64,000 bases of DNA from assembly GCF_006345805.1 (NCBI RefSeq), contig NC_042998.1, positions 183,024,001 to 183,088,000 of the forward strand. Direction: 5' to 3'. The translations under genes were made by a program, and so were the position numbers. Source of the stretch: Octopus sinensis (lineage: Eukaryota). Of the stretch, positions 1-12,004 are shown piece by piece. The notes beneath the pieces are model-generated. The model did not search any database and was not told the origin of the DNA. It saw nothing but the letters and a program-made list of their open reading frames with translations. How positions within the stretch are numbered: position 1 is the stretch's first letter; the number at the start of each line of letters is the position of its first letter.

Positions 1-584
1 GTGATATTAATTTAATCTAACTGCCAGAGAGAATCTCAGTTCATGCCATGTCTAAAATTAACAGGATTTAAATATAGAATAACCAACCGTACTCAATAGC
101 TATATCGAGATAGGGGGAAGGGCAGATTTACTGAAGTAGAAGTGAGAAATTGATAATTTACTGAAATATTGTTTACCTAGCAATAATTGTACAGGTATTC
201 CAGTGAGTTGGTTTTCAAGCATCACAAAATACCTGAACCGAATTAGTAGAAATATTCTACCCTAAGCACACGATAATGTAAACAAATCTTCATTTGCACA
301 GACTTACATGCACACACACCTACACATACATACATAAAAAAAATCATCATCATTATTATCAGTTTACAAACATTTTTCCATGCTTACATGGATTGGACTA
401 AACAAACTCATTGTGTGTTTGTGTATAAATATGTATACACACACAAAGGTTGGCTAAAAGGTTCACAGGCTGACCAAGAAACTCTCATGGAATGTAACCA
501 AATGAGTACAATTCTATATTTAAGAGATGAGGAATTATGTACATTATTTACATTTGACAGATATTTCTCCTCATCTTGTTTGTA

Positions 585-1517
585 GCTTTCCATGCTAGCA
601 TGGGTTAGACGATTTGACTGAGGTCTGGCGAACCAGATGGCTGCACCAGACTCCAATCTGATTTGGCAGAGTTTCTACAGCTGGATTCCCTTCCTAACGC
701 CAACCACTCCGAGAGTGTAGTGGGTGCTTTTACATGCCACCAACACAAGTGCTAGTCAGGCGGTACTGGCAACGGCCATGATCAAATGCTGCTTTTTATG
801 TGTCACCTGCACAGGAGCCAGTCCAGCGGCACTGGCAATGGCCTCACTCGAATGTTTTTTCACATGCCTCCAGTACAAGTGCTAATAAGGCAATGTAGGT
901 AACGATCACACTCGAATGGTGCTTTTTACATGCCACCGGCATGGAGGCCAGCTTGTTGCTCTGGCAACGATCACGCTCGTATGGTACTCTTAGCGCTCCA
1001 CTAGCACGGATGCCAGTCATTGAATTTGATTTTGATTTTGATTTCACTTGCCTCAATAGGTCTTCGCAAGCAGAGTTTAGTGTCCAATGAAGAAAAGGTA
1101 CGCATAAGTGGGCTTGTTGCACCTGTCATAGGCCATGAGGTTATGGTCTCACTTGGGCTTGCTGAGTTTTCTCAAGCACAGCATATTTCCAAAGGTCCCA
1201 GTCACTAGTCATTGCCTCGGTGGGGCCCAGTGTTCGAAGCTTCACCACCTCATCCCAGGTCTTCCTGGGTCTACCTCTTCCACACATTCCCTCAACCGCA
1301 AGGGTGTGGCACTTTTCTACACAGCTATCCACATCCATTCTCACCACATGGCCATACCAGCACAATCGTCTCTCTTGCACACCACATCTGATGCTTCTTA
1401 AGCTCAACTTTTCTCTCAAGGGACTAACACTTTGTCGAGTATGCACACTGACATTACACATCCATCGGAGCATACTGGCTTCATTCCTTACACATCCATT
1501 GGAGCACACTGGCTTCA
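585..1517 (-). mobile_element. 5'-truncated RTE-clade LINE (ORF C-terminus + repetitive 3' UTR)
   Basis: RRLCWYGHVVRMD...GRGRPRKTWDEVVK, followed by a 3' UTR with tandem ggtgcttttacrtgccacc units. Confidence 0.85.
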
Positions 1518-1624
1518 TTATTGTTATTGTTCAGGTCACTGCTTGGAGTTTGATTCAAGGCAGCGACCTGAATAATAATAATAATAATAATAATAACAAT
1601 AATAATAATAATAAACAACATCAA

Positions 1625-1765
1625 AAAATACCTTAGGAATGAGAACCCAGGTTCGAAATTTCCCCAAGACACCTGATGAAGGCTGGAGGGTGTATCACCC
1701 GAAACGTGTTAACAACAAACAAGATAAGGACAAATATCCGTCAAATGTAAATAATATAAATAATT
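1625..1765 (+). mobile_element. Penelope-like element terminal fragment with degenerate hammerhead motif
   Basis: ACAC-CTGATGA-A-GGCTG..CACCC-GAAAC-GTGT at 1669-1709. Same family as 14638-14815. The PLE assignment rests on the known hammerhead/PLE association. Confidence 0.6.
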
Positions 1766-1769
1766 AACC

Positions 1770-1990
1770 AAATATGGTTTATTTTTCAACATAGTCCCCC
1801 TTGTAGTCCACACACCTCTTCCATTGGAGCTACAGTGCTTGTATCCCATTGGAGAAGCTTTCATCCTGTTGGTCAACAGAATAGTCATCAACACCAGATG
1901 TGACATCAACATAACTGCTATACTGGTCCCTAACCAAGTGTTTTTTCATGTTGGGGAACAGATAGTAGTCAGGTGGGGTCAGATCAGGAG
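1770..1990 (-). mobile_element. Mariner transposase C-terminal fragment
   Basis: Minus-strand SPDLTPPDYYLFPNMKKHL corresponds to the YSPDLAPSDYxLF motif. Confidence 0.75.
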
Positions 1991-2469
1991 ATTTATATAT
2001 ATATATGCATCCATACATGTGCACATGTATGAATGTGTCCCTTTCTTCTCTGAACTCCCAACCCTATTAGAGTCATAGTATTTCTATTTTGACTGTGGTG
2101 TTACTGTTATTTTTAAACCTAGCAGTACCTGTCTCTTTCCAGGTCCCCCTCTCTGTCTTTCTCATATATATATATAGATAGATAGACAGAGAGTCAGATA
2201 GATCGTCCATCTCTCCATCCCTCCCCAAAGGAAATAAATTCAGAATTTAAGTTCAAGGAAACTCCAAGTCAAGATCTCACAGTCAGCTTGGAAGAATGTT
2301 ATTATTCTGCTCTACTTAACTCTATTGAGTAATCTTTTCCCCTTTGAATTGTTATTCAAATTTTACCTCTATTTTTATTATGAACATTATTTCTACTTTT
2401 TTGTTCTATTATAACATACAAACTCAGCTCTGAATCATGTTATTCCACACTACCTAACAATTCTGGGTA

Positions 2470-3548
2470 CCGTAAAAACCCATGTAATTTATGCACATTT
2501 TTTCACAAAACTAAAAATAAACTTTAGTGGGTGCGTAAACTACATGAGTAGATCATTTCCAGAATTTATTTTGAAATTTTTTTTTGTTAAGAAAAGATGT
2601 ACAAAACATAAAATTTTGTAACGGAAGTTGACTCATTTAATGTCAGAATAGAGATTTTTACAGAAAAAAATAATGGCTGAAGTACACATAATGAAGTTGA
2701 CTTTTATTTATGCTGGACAGTTTAATGCTTACTTTTTCTGTATAAATTTGCTAAAACCATTAAATGGTTAACTAGTTTCTGAAATCTGATGTTCATGCTA
2801 GTAAACACAATCCGGTTCATATTTTACATCACTTAGAGTTTCTACCTATCGCAATGGAGCACATATTTAATTTCTCTGTCACAGTAAACAATTCATAAGT
2901 TCTGCTCATACTGACAACATGGTAATGACAAATTTTTAAGTTTGCTTGACACTTTATAAGTGTGAAAGGGATTAAAATTTCGATACTCCGTATCAAAGGT
3001 TCCGACAAGAAAAGGCAGAAAAGAATTCTGTTTACATGATCAGTTTGATCGGTTACCTTCCTCAGTCGGTTGAGTAAAGTGTCATCCAAGCTGATGTTTA
3101 TTGGTAATTAAACTTAATTTGCAATACCTGTTCTTACTTATCAGCTTTGTTTTTGTTGGTAATTCTTATCAACAGCTTTTCCTGTGATTGTGATTTGAGT
3201 AGACATACAGCAGTATGCTAAAAATCGAATATAATCTCTTGTGGGCAAGAAATGTAAAATAAAGTTTATGATAAACAACACAAACACTTTTAATTTAATA
3301 GCTTTCAATATGATACCTGTTAAGCAGAAATTATTTTTATTTAATGAAAATTTAATAAAATCTAATCATAAGTAAGTGAAGTTGTTCTAAGTACAACAAA
3401 ACTGAAAACCTTTTTCCCCTGGCTATACTGGCAATTCAGAAAACTTTTAGGTGCAAATTTTACATGAGTAGAAGCGTTTTTTAACATTTTATCCAGAAAA
3501 TCACCTGCGTAAATTACACAGGTGTGCAAATTACATGAGTTTTTATGG
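2470..3548. mobile_element. Non-autonomous Tc1/mariner-pogo superfamily DNA transposon (CCGTA-type TIRs)
   Basis: TA|ccgtaaaaacccatgtaattt ... aaattacatgagtttttatgg|TA inverted termini, with repeated subterminal gtgc(g)taaa(t/c)tacatgagt motifs. No recognisable transposase. Confidence 0.7.
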
Positions 3549-3609
3549 TAATTATTTTTGTTATATGTAGTTGCAATTCAGACAGTAAGAATCTACTATT
3601 ATCTATATA

Positions 3610-4851
3610 TTGGGTCATCCTATAAATAATGTGGTTTTTTCAAATGCATGAACTAAAAGTTGGAGGGTAAACTACCTGCATCAACTTGCTATAAAAGCAG
3701 GTAGTAATTTTACCTTGTATTTATTCCTAATGCAAGTTTTGAAGAGTGCAGTTCAATTTCAAGTTATTTTTTTCAAAGCTATAATGAAAGTGAGAAAGGA
3801 GCATTTTCAGCATGTTTTGCTTTTTGAGTTGCAACGGAAAGTGTGAGGCATATTAATGCACTATATGAGGATTGGACAATAAGTGTAAGCCAGTGTCAAA
3901 AGTAGTTCCAGAAATTCTGAGCTGGAAACTACAGCCTAGAAGACGAGCCTCATCCTGGAAGATCTGTAGAGCTTGACAATGACATCCTGCAAACCCTAGT
4001 GGAATAAAATCCCATTGTAACTATTGAAAATCTAGCAGAAAAACTTGGATTTGGTCATTCAACCATTCATTGTTACCTACATGCCATTGGAAGAGTCAGC
4101 AAATTGGGTCAATGGGTTCCTCACAAACTTTCTGAGTCTAATTGCACAAAGAGTGAATGTGTGCTCTTCTTTGCTGTCAAATCTCATGAATGGACCTTTT
4201 TTGGTCTGAATAGTGACTGGTGATGAGAAATGGGTTCTCTATAAAAATGTCAAGCACTGGAGACAGTGGGTAGGGAAAGGAGAAACACCAGTACCCCAGG
4301 CTAAAGAAGGTGTTGCTATCTGTTTGGTGGGATATGAAAAGTTTAATCCACTTTGAACTTTTAAACCCAAACCAAACGATAACAAAGGAGATCTACTGCA
4401 AGAGCTTGAGCAGCTCAAGTCAGTGCTAGAAGTAAAACAACCATCTTTGGTTTCAAGACAAAAGGTATTCTTCCATTTGGATAATGCTCAACCACATGCA
4501 ACGAGGATGACATTCCAAAGGCTGAAGCAGTTTGATTGAGAAACGATGTCCTACCCAGCATATTTGCCGGACATTGCCCCATCCATTTATCATTTATTCT
4601 GCTGTCTTCAAAATCATTTGGACAGAAAAAATATGAATTCTGTAGATGAGGTCAGAACAGTACTGGAGAAGTGTTTTTCGCCATGGACAAGTGAATTTTG
4701 GAAGAGAGGCCTTACAAGTCTGGCAGATAGATGGAAGAACATTGTAGAAAATGAAGGAGAGTATATTTTAGATTAAATAAGAACTTTGTTTATCTTAACT
4801 TTGAAAAATAAAAGAAGTATAAAAAACCACATTATTTATGGGAGGACCTAA
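3610..4851 (+). mobile_element. Full-length inactive mariner (DD34D) transposon
   Basis: TA TSDs (3608-3609, 4852-4853) and ~31-bp TIRs with 3 mismatches. Transposase motifs WVPHKL (4113), VTGDEKW, HLDNA and YLPDIAPSIYHLF, with stops and frameshifts; the third catalytic Asp is lost. Confidence 0.92.
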
Positions 4852-5783
4852 TAGTTATATATACATATATGTATGTTTACCAAATTTCAATGATAAAATT
4901 TGAGATTCTTGAACTATATCTGGAATTTCCTATTTGTCATTTCTTTATGACATTTTTCAGCACTGAGTAAACTAGTTTCATTTTCCCCATGCTTACACTA
5001 ACCCTGCTCTAGTTCTACCTTTGTAGTATTTGTTTTCTGCTTCTCATTTTTTCTCCATATAAACTTTCAACTTGTTGTACTGTGTTGTGTGTGTATGAAT
5101 GGGTGCATGCATGTATACCTGTGTATTAAGGGGTGTGTCTGCATGCTTGACTCAGTTTTCCTATATTTCATTGTATGAAATGGTTATGCCTACTTACAAA
5201 GGTGATCACCTTTTGCTTGTTCTAAAATGCTGCCAAGCCTCCTGAAATAAATATGTCTGCTGTCTTCTCATTATTCAGTTTTTGTAACACACAGGGAGGG
5301 AGCCTTGATATCCTGTGAACAGAACATCTCTTCAATGTTTACACAACCTATCTGACTATGAGATTCCTACATCTAAATACTTATATAACCCTATACATTT
5401 TCTATATCTATATCTGAAAGCTTATGTGTACACATGATTAAAATTCTGTGTGTGTTTGTGTGCATGTGTGTATGCATTAATATGTTAGTGTTTGTGCACG
5501 TATGTGTTTATGAATGTGTGTGCTTTTGTGTAGGGGTGTGTGTATGTATGTATGTATCTTCTCCCCTTCTTCCTCGCTCTCTTGTGTGACCCTGCTGTCC
5601 GGTCATGATAGATCACTAGCCACTACACCTTTTTCTATTTTCTCTCCCTGTTTATTTCTGTGTTCCTTTCTGTCGAAGAGTGTACGCTCAAAATGTAAAA
5701 CACTTTCTCACCTCCCAAGTGTGAAACTAATAGATCTGTTTGTTGTTGACACACCTATCTTTGTCCTCTTTTTTTTTACTCTC

Positions 5784-5822
<39 letters not shown>

Positions 5823-6061
5823 TGAACAATTGCTGAGTAAATGTTGCCTTAGATGTGTGTTTTATATATATGCATCTGTGTGTATATGTGTCTGTAGATG
5901 CACTTACATATAGAATGAAGTACACCCTATCTTTACAAGGATAACCAGCTTTGAAATAAGTCCTGGGGTCGATTTTCTCGACTAAAGGTGGTGCTCCAGC
6001 ATGGCCACAGTCAAATAACTGAAACAAGTAAAAGAGTAAAAGAGTAAAAGAGTACACATAT

Positions 6062-6124
<63 letters not shown>

Positions 6125-6132
<8 letters not shown>

Positions 6133-6442
6133 CGAGACAAAACCACTATTTTGCAAAACAAACAAGGAAAGACTTAATCAATACATAAAACTTCATAAAT
6201 TAAAACAGATTAGGAGATCGAAAATCCACCTGACGAATGTCATTGAAGACATGAAACGATTGTAGTGGCGGTTTATTTCTTTATATTAAAAATTTTTATG
6301 TATTGATTAAGTCTTTCCTTGTTTGTTTTGCAAAATAGTGGTTTTGTCTCGAATTATATTATATAATATTTTACTATAAAATTGGATTTAATCCTAAATC
6401 TGATTTTTCCCTGTAAATTTGGATTTATTCCCTAATATTTAT

Positions 6443-6445
<3 letters not shown>
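6125..6445. mobile_element. Hairpin (inverted-repeat) element, Penelope-like
   Basis: Perfect 66-bp inverted repeat (6125-6190 / 6294-6359) around a hammerhead motif. The 3' tail (aaattggatttaatcct...ccctaat) is shared with 9240-9300. Confidence 0.7.
6226..6268 (+). ncRNA. Minimal type I hammerhead ribozyme motif
   Basis: CCAC-CTGACGA-ATGTC(attgaa)GACAT-GAAA-C(gatt)G-TA^-GTGG. All conserved core nucleotides and stems I/II/III are present; predicted cut after GUA at 6264. Confidence 0.8.
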
Positions 6446-6477
<32 letters not shown>

Positions 6478-6944
6478 GTGATTTTTTCGTCTATATTGTA
6501 AAATAGTTATAGAAATCCCATTGCTCAGGCTAGATTGTAGTGTTCAGTAAATATTTTTGAGCAACAAAATAGGAGTATGTTCAAATGCATTTAGTATTAC
6601 CATATGCAAGATAAACCATAGAACACATAACATGAGGGGATAAGGTTGGTGCACCAAGTGTATTCAAGAATCAGTGAAACAGAAACAATTGTAATTACTG
6701 TAAAAGACAGTCTGTGAATCAATAATTGTGATTGAAGACTGAAGAGCTACTCTCAGATAATCAGAAAAAACATGTTTTTTTAATTTTTTATAGCCTTTTT
6801 TTTTCTACTATTAGCCAACAAAAAAATTCCCTTTGTGGCTGCTCAACTTGCTTGAAATAACAGCTAAAATCTCCCTCAAATCACCCCTTATGAACTCAAA
6901 AGAAATAGGAGAGATATTTTGACAGTGTAGACACTCATCATCAT

Positions 6945-7390
6945 CATCATCATCGTTTAACATCTGCTTTCCGTGCTAGCATGGGTTGGATGATTTGACT
7001 GAGGACTGGCGAACCAGATGGCTGCACCAGGCTCCAATCTTGATCTGGCAGAGTTTCTACGGCTGGATGCCCTTCCTAATGCCAACCACTCTGAGAGTGT
7101 AGTGGGTGCTTTTACGTGCCACCGGCACAAGGGCCAGTCAGGCAGTACTGGCAATGGCCATGCTCAGATGGTGTTTTTTACATGCCACCTGCACAGGAGC
7201 CAGTTCCAGCGGCACTGATAATGACCTTGCTCAAATGTTTTTTCACATGCCAGTAATGTGACGCTGGTAACAATCACACTCGAATGGTGCTTTTTACGTG
7301 CCACCGGCACAGAAGTCAGTTAGACGCTCTGGCAATGATCACACTCGGATGGTGCTCTTAGCACTCCACTAGCATGGATCCAGTCATCAA
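6945..7390 (-). mobile_element. RTE 3'-end copy
   Basis: (CAT)n tail and the same 3' UTR as 585-1010. Confidence 0.8.
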
Positions 7391-7958
7391 ATTGGAATGC
7401 CTCTAATCATGGATTTGTACAATCAACACTAACCCAGAGCAAAGCAACAACAACAGCAGTTTTTCTTGAATGTACACTTGAGTGAGTGCCACATTTTTAG
7501 GTTCTTAGTGGTGGCTTCAAAGAACTGTATAAGGAAAAGATGTAGGGATCAAATAGAACATTACTATTGTTACTTAGTAAAAATATATATATTACCAACA
7601 GTGCCAGAACAGACACTAGTGTCACTATTAGCCAGTTAACTTGTTAAAAATATGTATTAATGACAGAGGCAGTATTAATGCCAAGAGATAATATCTATCA
7701 AAACTTATTAGAAAATGGCATTTTGGTGCAAAATTCACTGACAAAACCAAGTAAGTCGAAATCATGTGATCATGGCACTGAAGGTAGTTGGGCTTCATCT
7801 CCCCACTAACAATATAAACAAGAGTGCATTTTGCACCAAAAAGCCAATGTGGGAATTTTTCTCGTTGTCACTTAGTAGCCCTGCTATTTCTATTTTTTCT
7901 TTTGCTTACATTTTCATTTCTCTTCACATTTTCATTTTTCTTCTTTATTTTTCTACAG

Positions 7959-8069
7959 ACATATTGTAGTGTGTGGCCATATTACATATGACTCGGTCTC
8001 AAACTTCTTAAAAGATTTCTTACACAAAGACAGAGAAGACGTGGATGTAGAGATTATTTTTATTGATAC
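7959..8069 (+). CDS. slo: Slo1/BK channel exon, start of RCK1: [36 protein letters not shown](T)
   Basis: Polypyrimidine tract + ctacag acceptor and AC|gtaagt donor. Translation is nearly identical to the known Slo1 RCK1 start [25 protein letters not shown]. Phase 2-2, 111 nt. Confidence 0.97.
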
Positions 8070-8892
8070 GTAAGTAACTTAATTTTCCTCTTTATATATC
8101 TGTATGTATGTTTGTGTATAATAGTATGTATAACTAATGTAAACATTAGAGATACTCAATGTATGTGTTTGTAATTGATTTATTGTATACTCAATGTGTA
8201 TATTTTTGTTTGTTTGAATATAGCAAAAATGACCAGGTGGTTAAGGTATGGAACTACCAGATCATAAATCATAAATCTTGCTTCCGTACAAATTTAACCT
8301 CCTGCACTTGCATTCACATACATGCTTGAATAAACCAAAACAATATGAAACCAATTATTAATTTTTTTACACAAAATATAATCAAGTAGAAGTCACCTAA
8401 TTAAGCTGAACAAAGCTAATGATACAAACTCGAAAATATGCATCATCATCATTTTACATTCATTCTTCATGTCAGTGTGAGTAGGACAGTTTGACAGAAT
8501 TCAGCACCAAATTTTGCTCCAATGCCTCATTTTTTTTTCTCTAGCAGCAGAAATCTTAGCAAAATGAGACATTGAAACAACATATAGTCTTCTGACCCAC
8601 TGAATCCTGTTGAGCCATACTATCCATGCCAGCATGGAAAACAAATGTAAAATGATGATGATAAGGGAGAATTATGATTGATTAATTGATGCATGTATAT
8701 CTATCTATCTATATAAATATGTGTGTATTGTCAGTTGCAGCTGTCTGTCTTAGGTCAAAGTTAACTGTTCTGTTCAGAAATCATCTCAAACAGGCTGTGT
8801 GGCAAGTCTTCCACTATAGCCTCTGGTCAACCAAAGCTTTGTGAGTGAATTTGGTTGACGGAAACTAAAAGAAGCTCATCATGTATATATAT

Positions 8893-9002
8893 ATATAAAT
8901 TAAATTACAGATAAAACCACTATTAGGCAACTCAAACAGTGATAGACATAAACCAATACATAAATAACATAAAATATAAATATAATTAATATAATATATA
9001 TA

Positions 9003-9072
<70 letters not shown>

Positions 9073-9300
9073 TTAAATTTTAAATTTTAATTTTTAAATT
9101 CTAAATTTTATATTTTATATATATATATTATATTAATTATATTTATATTTTATGTTATTTATGTATTCGTTTATGTCTATCACTGTTTGAGTTGCCTAAT
9201 AGTGGTTTTATCTCTAATTTAATTTATATTTATACTGTGAAATTTGATTTAATCCTGGATCTAATTTTTCCCTGTAAGTTTGGATATACTCCCTAATGTT
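8893..9300. mobile_element. Hairpin element related to 6125-6445; centre replaced by AT-rich/(TA)n sequence
   Basis: About 105-bp inverted arms containing ataaaaccactatt and the same 3' tail as 6378-6445. Confidence 0.65.
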
Positions 9301-9725
9301 ATTATATATATATATATATATATATCAGTGTGTGTCTTTGGTTGTCCTCCACCACTGCTTCACAGCTGTTGGTTTGTTTATATCACCATAATTTAGTGGC
9401 TCAACAAAGGAGACCAATATAATAGGTACCTGGCTTAAAAAAAAATACTGCAGTCAATTCATTCAGTTAATTCTTTGAGGTAGTACCCCAGCATGGCCAT
9501 AACCTAATGACTGAAACAAGTAAAAGATAATAGATGATAATTACTTTATGTTAATGAAGCATTCATAAGATGGTGTAACTAAATATCTTATAAACAAACT
9601 CGAGTTTTTCGTCTTAGACATATACTATGTGTTACACTCAAAACCGAATTTAATGACAAAGGATACAATTAAAATACATGAAAGGAAATACACCGAGTTC
9701 TAACTACTAGTTATTTGTCACGAAA

Positions 9726-9924
9726 GGCAGCGAGCTGGCAGAAACGTTAGCATGCCGGGCGAAATGCTTAGCGGTATTTTGTCTGCCGCTACGTTCTGAG
9801 TTCAAATTCCGCCGAGTTTGACTTTGCCTTTCATCCTTTCGGGGTCGATGTAATCGACTTAATCCGTTTGTCTGTCCTTGTTTGTCCCGTCTGTGTTTAG
9901 CCCCTTGTGGGTAGTAAAGAAATA
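9726..9924 (+). mobile_element. tRNA-derived SINE with Nin-type core (family A), internally deleted
   Basis: ggcagcgagctggcagaaacgttag head and gactttgcctttcatcctttcggggtcgat core. 11-bp TSD tatttgtcacg (9712-9722 / 9925-9935). Confidence 0.85.
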
Positions 9925-11124
9925 TATTTGTCACGCAATTTACGCTTTAAATTACTCCGGATACATACATACATACATTGTATATATCAATGTGTGTGTG
10001 TAAGTACATGTGTGGGTACACACACATATACATTAATTAACATTAATTTCATTTTGTCTTAATGATAAGTCTTGATATCGATTTCTTGATTAATCTAAAT
10101 ATATATTTTTCTAAATATCGATTTCCTAATTAATAGGACATTGTGTTTAGAGTGCAAAGTTTTAAAAGTTATTATGTTCATGCATTTTTAAAATATATTA
10201 GCAATAAAAATGAAATGATAAACAATAGTTTGAACCAAGATTTGACATTGGGTTATCTAAACATTTTTGAATTTACTTCTTTTCAATATCACTCACTAAA
10301 TTTTGTCTTTTACCATTATCTGTAGTTCAAACTTCACCTATTCTATATTACTGTGCTGCCCTGTTTAAATCAAATTCTGCAATTTTTTTCATAACTTAGT
10401 AACTTACATTTAAAAGGATAACCAACTCTAATATTAATGTATCTGGGTTTTTCTTTTTCTTTTTTATTTTATGCTATTTTTCTAGAGACTTGTAAACAGC
10501 TTGTTTATGCAAGTGTAGCCAGACACCAGTAGGTTTCGGGGGTCATCAGGTGAGAATGGACACTGTTTCAAAGCCTTCAACAAGACTTTACAGTACACTG
10601 GCTGCCTCATAGATGTGAGGGCCCTTCTTCTGGATTGATTGGTATTTAACCATCAACATTCAATCTTAAGTCCTTCATGTCAGGATCATAAGCTCCGTTC
10701 AAATTGTGGAGTTATACAGGATTGGCTTGCAGAGGAGAGCCATTGTTCATAAACTTTACTGACCCTCTCAGGCATGTTAACCAGTAAGGTTGAGGTTCAG
10801 TTGGAATATACGCCTTTTGAAGAGAGATGTAAGCAGAGAGGGAGTTTCAGGGAGATGCAGTTCTGTGGATAAAAGAATAATGTATAACAAAAGGTTTGGG
10901 GCAAAGCATAAGAAGAATAACGAAGGGAAGGGGGATGTGTTTTAGCTGGAGTTGTGTTGGAGTTTTACATGAGTTTCTAGTTTAGAGAGAGAGAGAAAGA
11001 TGTTATTGTAACCTCAGTGCAAGAATTAGAGGTAGTAGTTGTAAGATCTCAGTGAGAGACTCTTTGATAATAAGCCAGGTGACCTTTTCTATATGTGAGG
11101 CAGTTGCATGTTATCTTCAGTAAT

Positions 11125-11470
11125 TCATCATCATCATCATTTAACGTCCATTTTCCATGCTTGCATGAGTTGAACAGTTCAACTGGGGACTAGTGAGCCA
11201 GGAGGCCACACCAGGCTCCAATCTGATCTGGCAATGTTTCTACAGCTGGATGCCCTTCCTAATGCCAACCACTCCAAGAGTATAGTGGGTGCTTTTTACG
11301 TGCCACCGGCATGGGAGCCAGTTAGGCAACACTGGCATCAGCCATGTTTGGATGGTGCTTTTTACATGTCACCAGCACAGGAACCAGTCAGGGCAGGGGA
11401 GCTGGCATCAACCATGTTTGGATGGTGCTTTTTATGTGCCACCGGTATGGGGAGCCAGTCAGGCGGCACT
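11125..11470 (-). mobile_element. RTE 3'-end copy
   Basis: (CAT)n tail, ggatgcccttcctaatgccaacc motif and internal tandem units. Confidence 0.8.
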
Positions 11471-11898
11471 GACAACAATCCATTCATATATGCCTCGATA
11501 TTTAAGTTTGGAGAACGATTCCATCCACACTATCATTGAGAAGTGGATATTACACCAGTTTTAATATAGAATCATTAAACTAAGAGACAGGTAAACTTTG
11601 AATAGAGAGAGCATGTCAATACTGAGGTTTCTAATGATGAGGAAAGGACTTTGACAAATTAATTGATTGACTGCCCAAACAATTAATCAAGCAATTGATT
11701 AGTTAATTGGTTAAATGTTAATCAATTGTTTAATAAGAAAAAAAAGTGAAATAGAACCAGTGCATGTGTTTATTATTAGCATAAAGACCCTCCCAAGATA
11801 CAAGATATTAAACCACTTTTAAAAAATAAATCTATTTTATTTTTTCATGTGATAATTATGTTACAGAAAATTTGTATTTCCCTATTTTCATTTTCCAG

Positions 11899-12004
11899 GC
11901 AACTCCCTGATTTAGAACTTGAAGGGTTGCTTAAGAGGCATTTTACACAAGTAGAATTTTTCCAAGGCACGGTTATGGATGCCAATGATTTAGAAAGAGT
12001 AAAG
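11899..12004 (+). CDS. slo: Slo1 exon: [35 protein letters not shown]
   Basis: ttttccag acceptor and AAG|gtaagt donor. AC|G joins in frame with the previous exon. Matches the Slo1 [21 protein letters not shown] motif. Confidence 0.97.

Noticed and set aside
2829-3089. 86-aa minus-strand ORF inside the CCGTA-TIR element as a transposase
   Set aside because: No HTH or DDE motif is recognisable.
10530-10570. Hammerhead reading of CTGATGA/GAAAC words on the minus strand (also 35268)
   Set aside because: Stems I and II cannot be formed, so it is kept only as a shared repeat motif.
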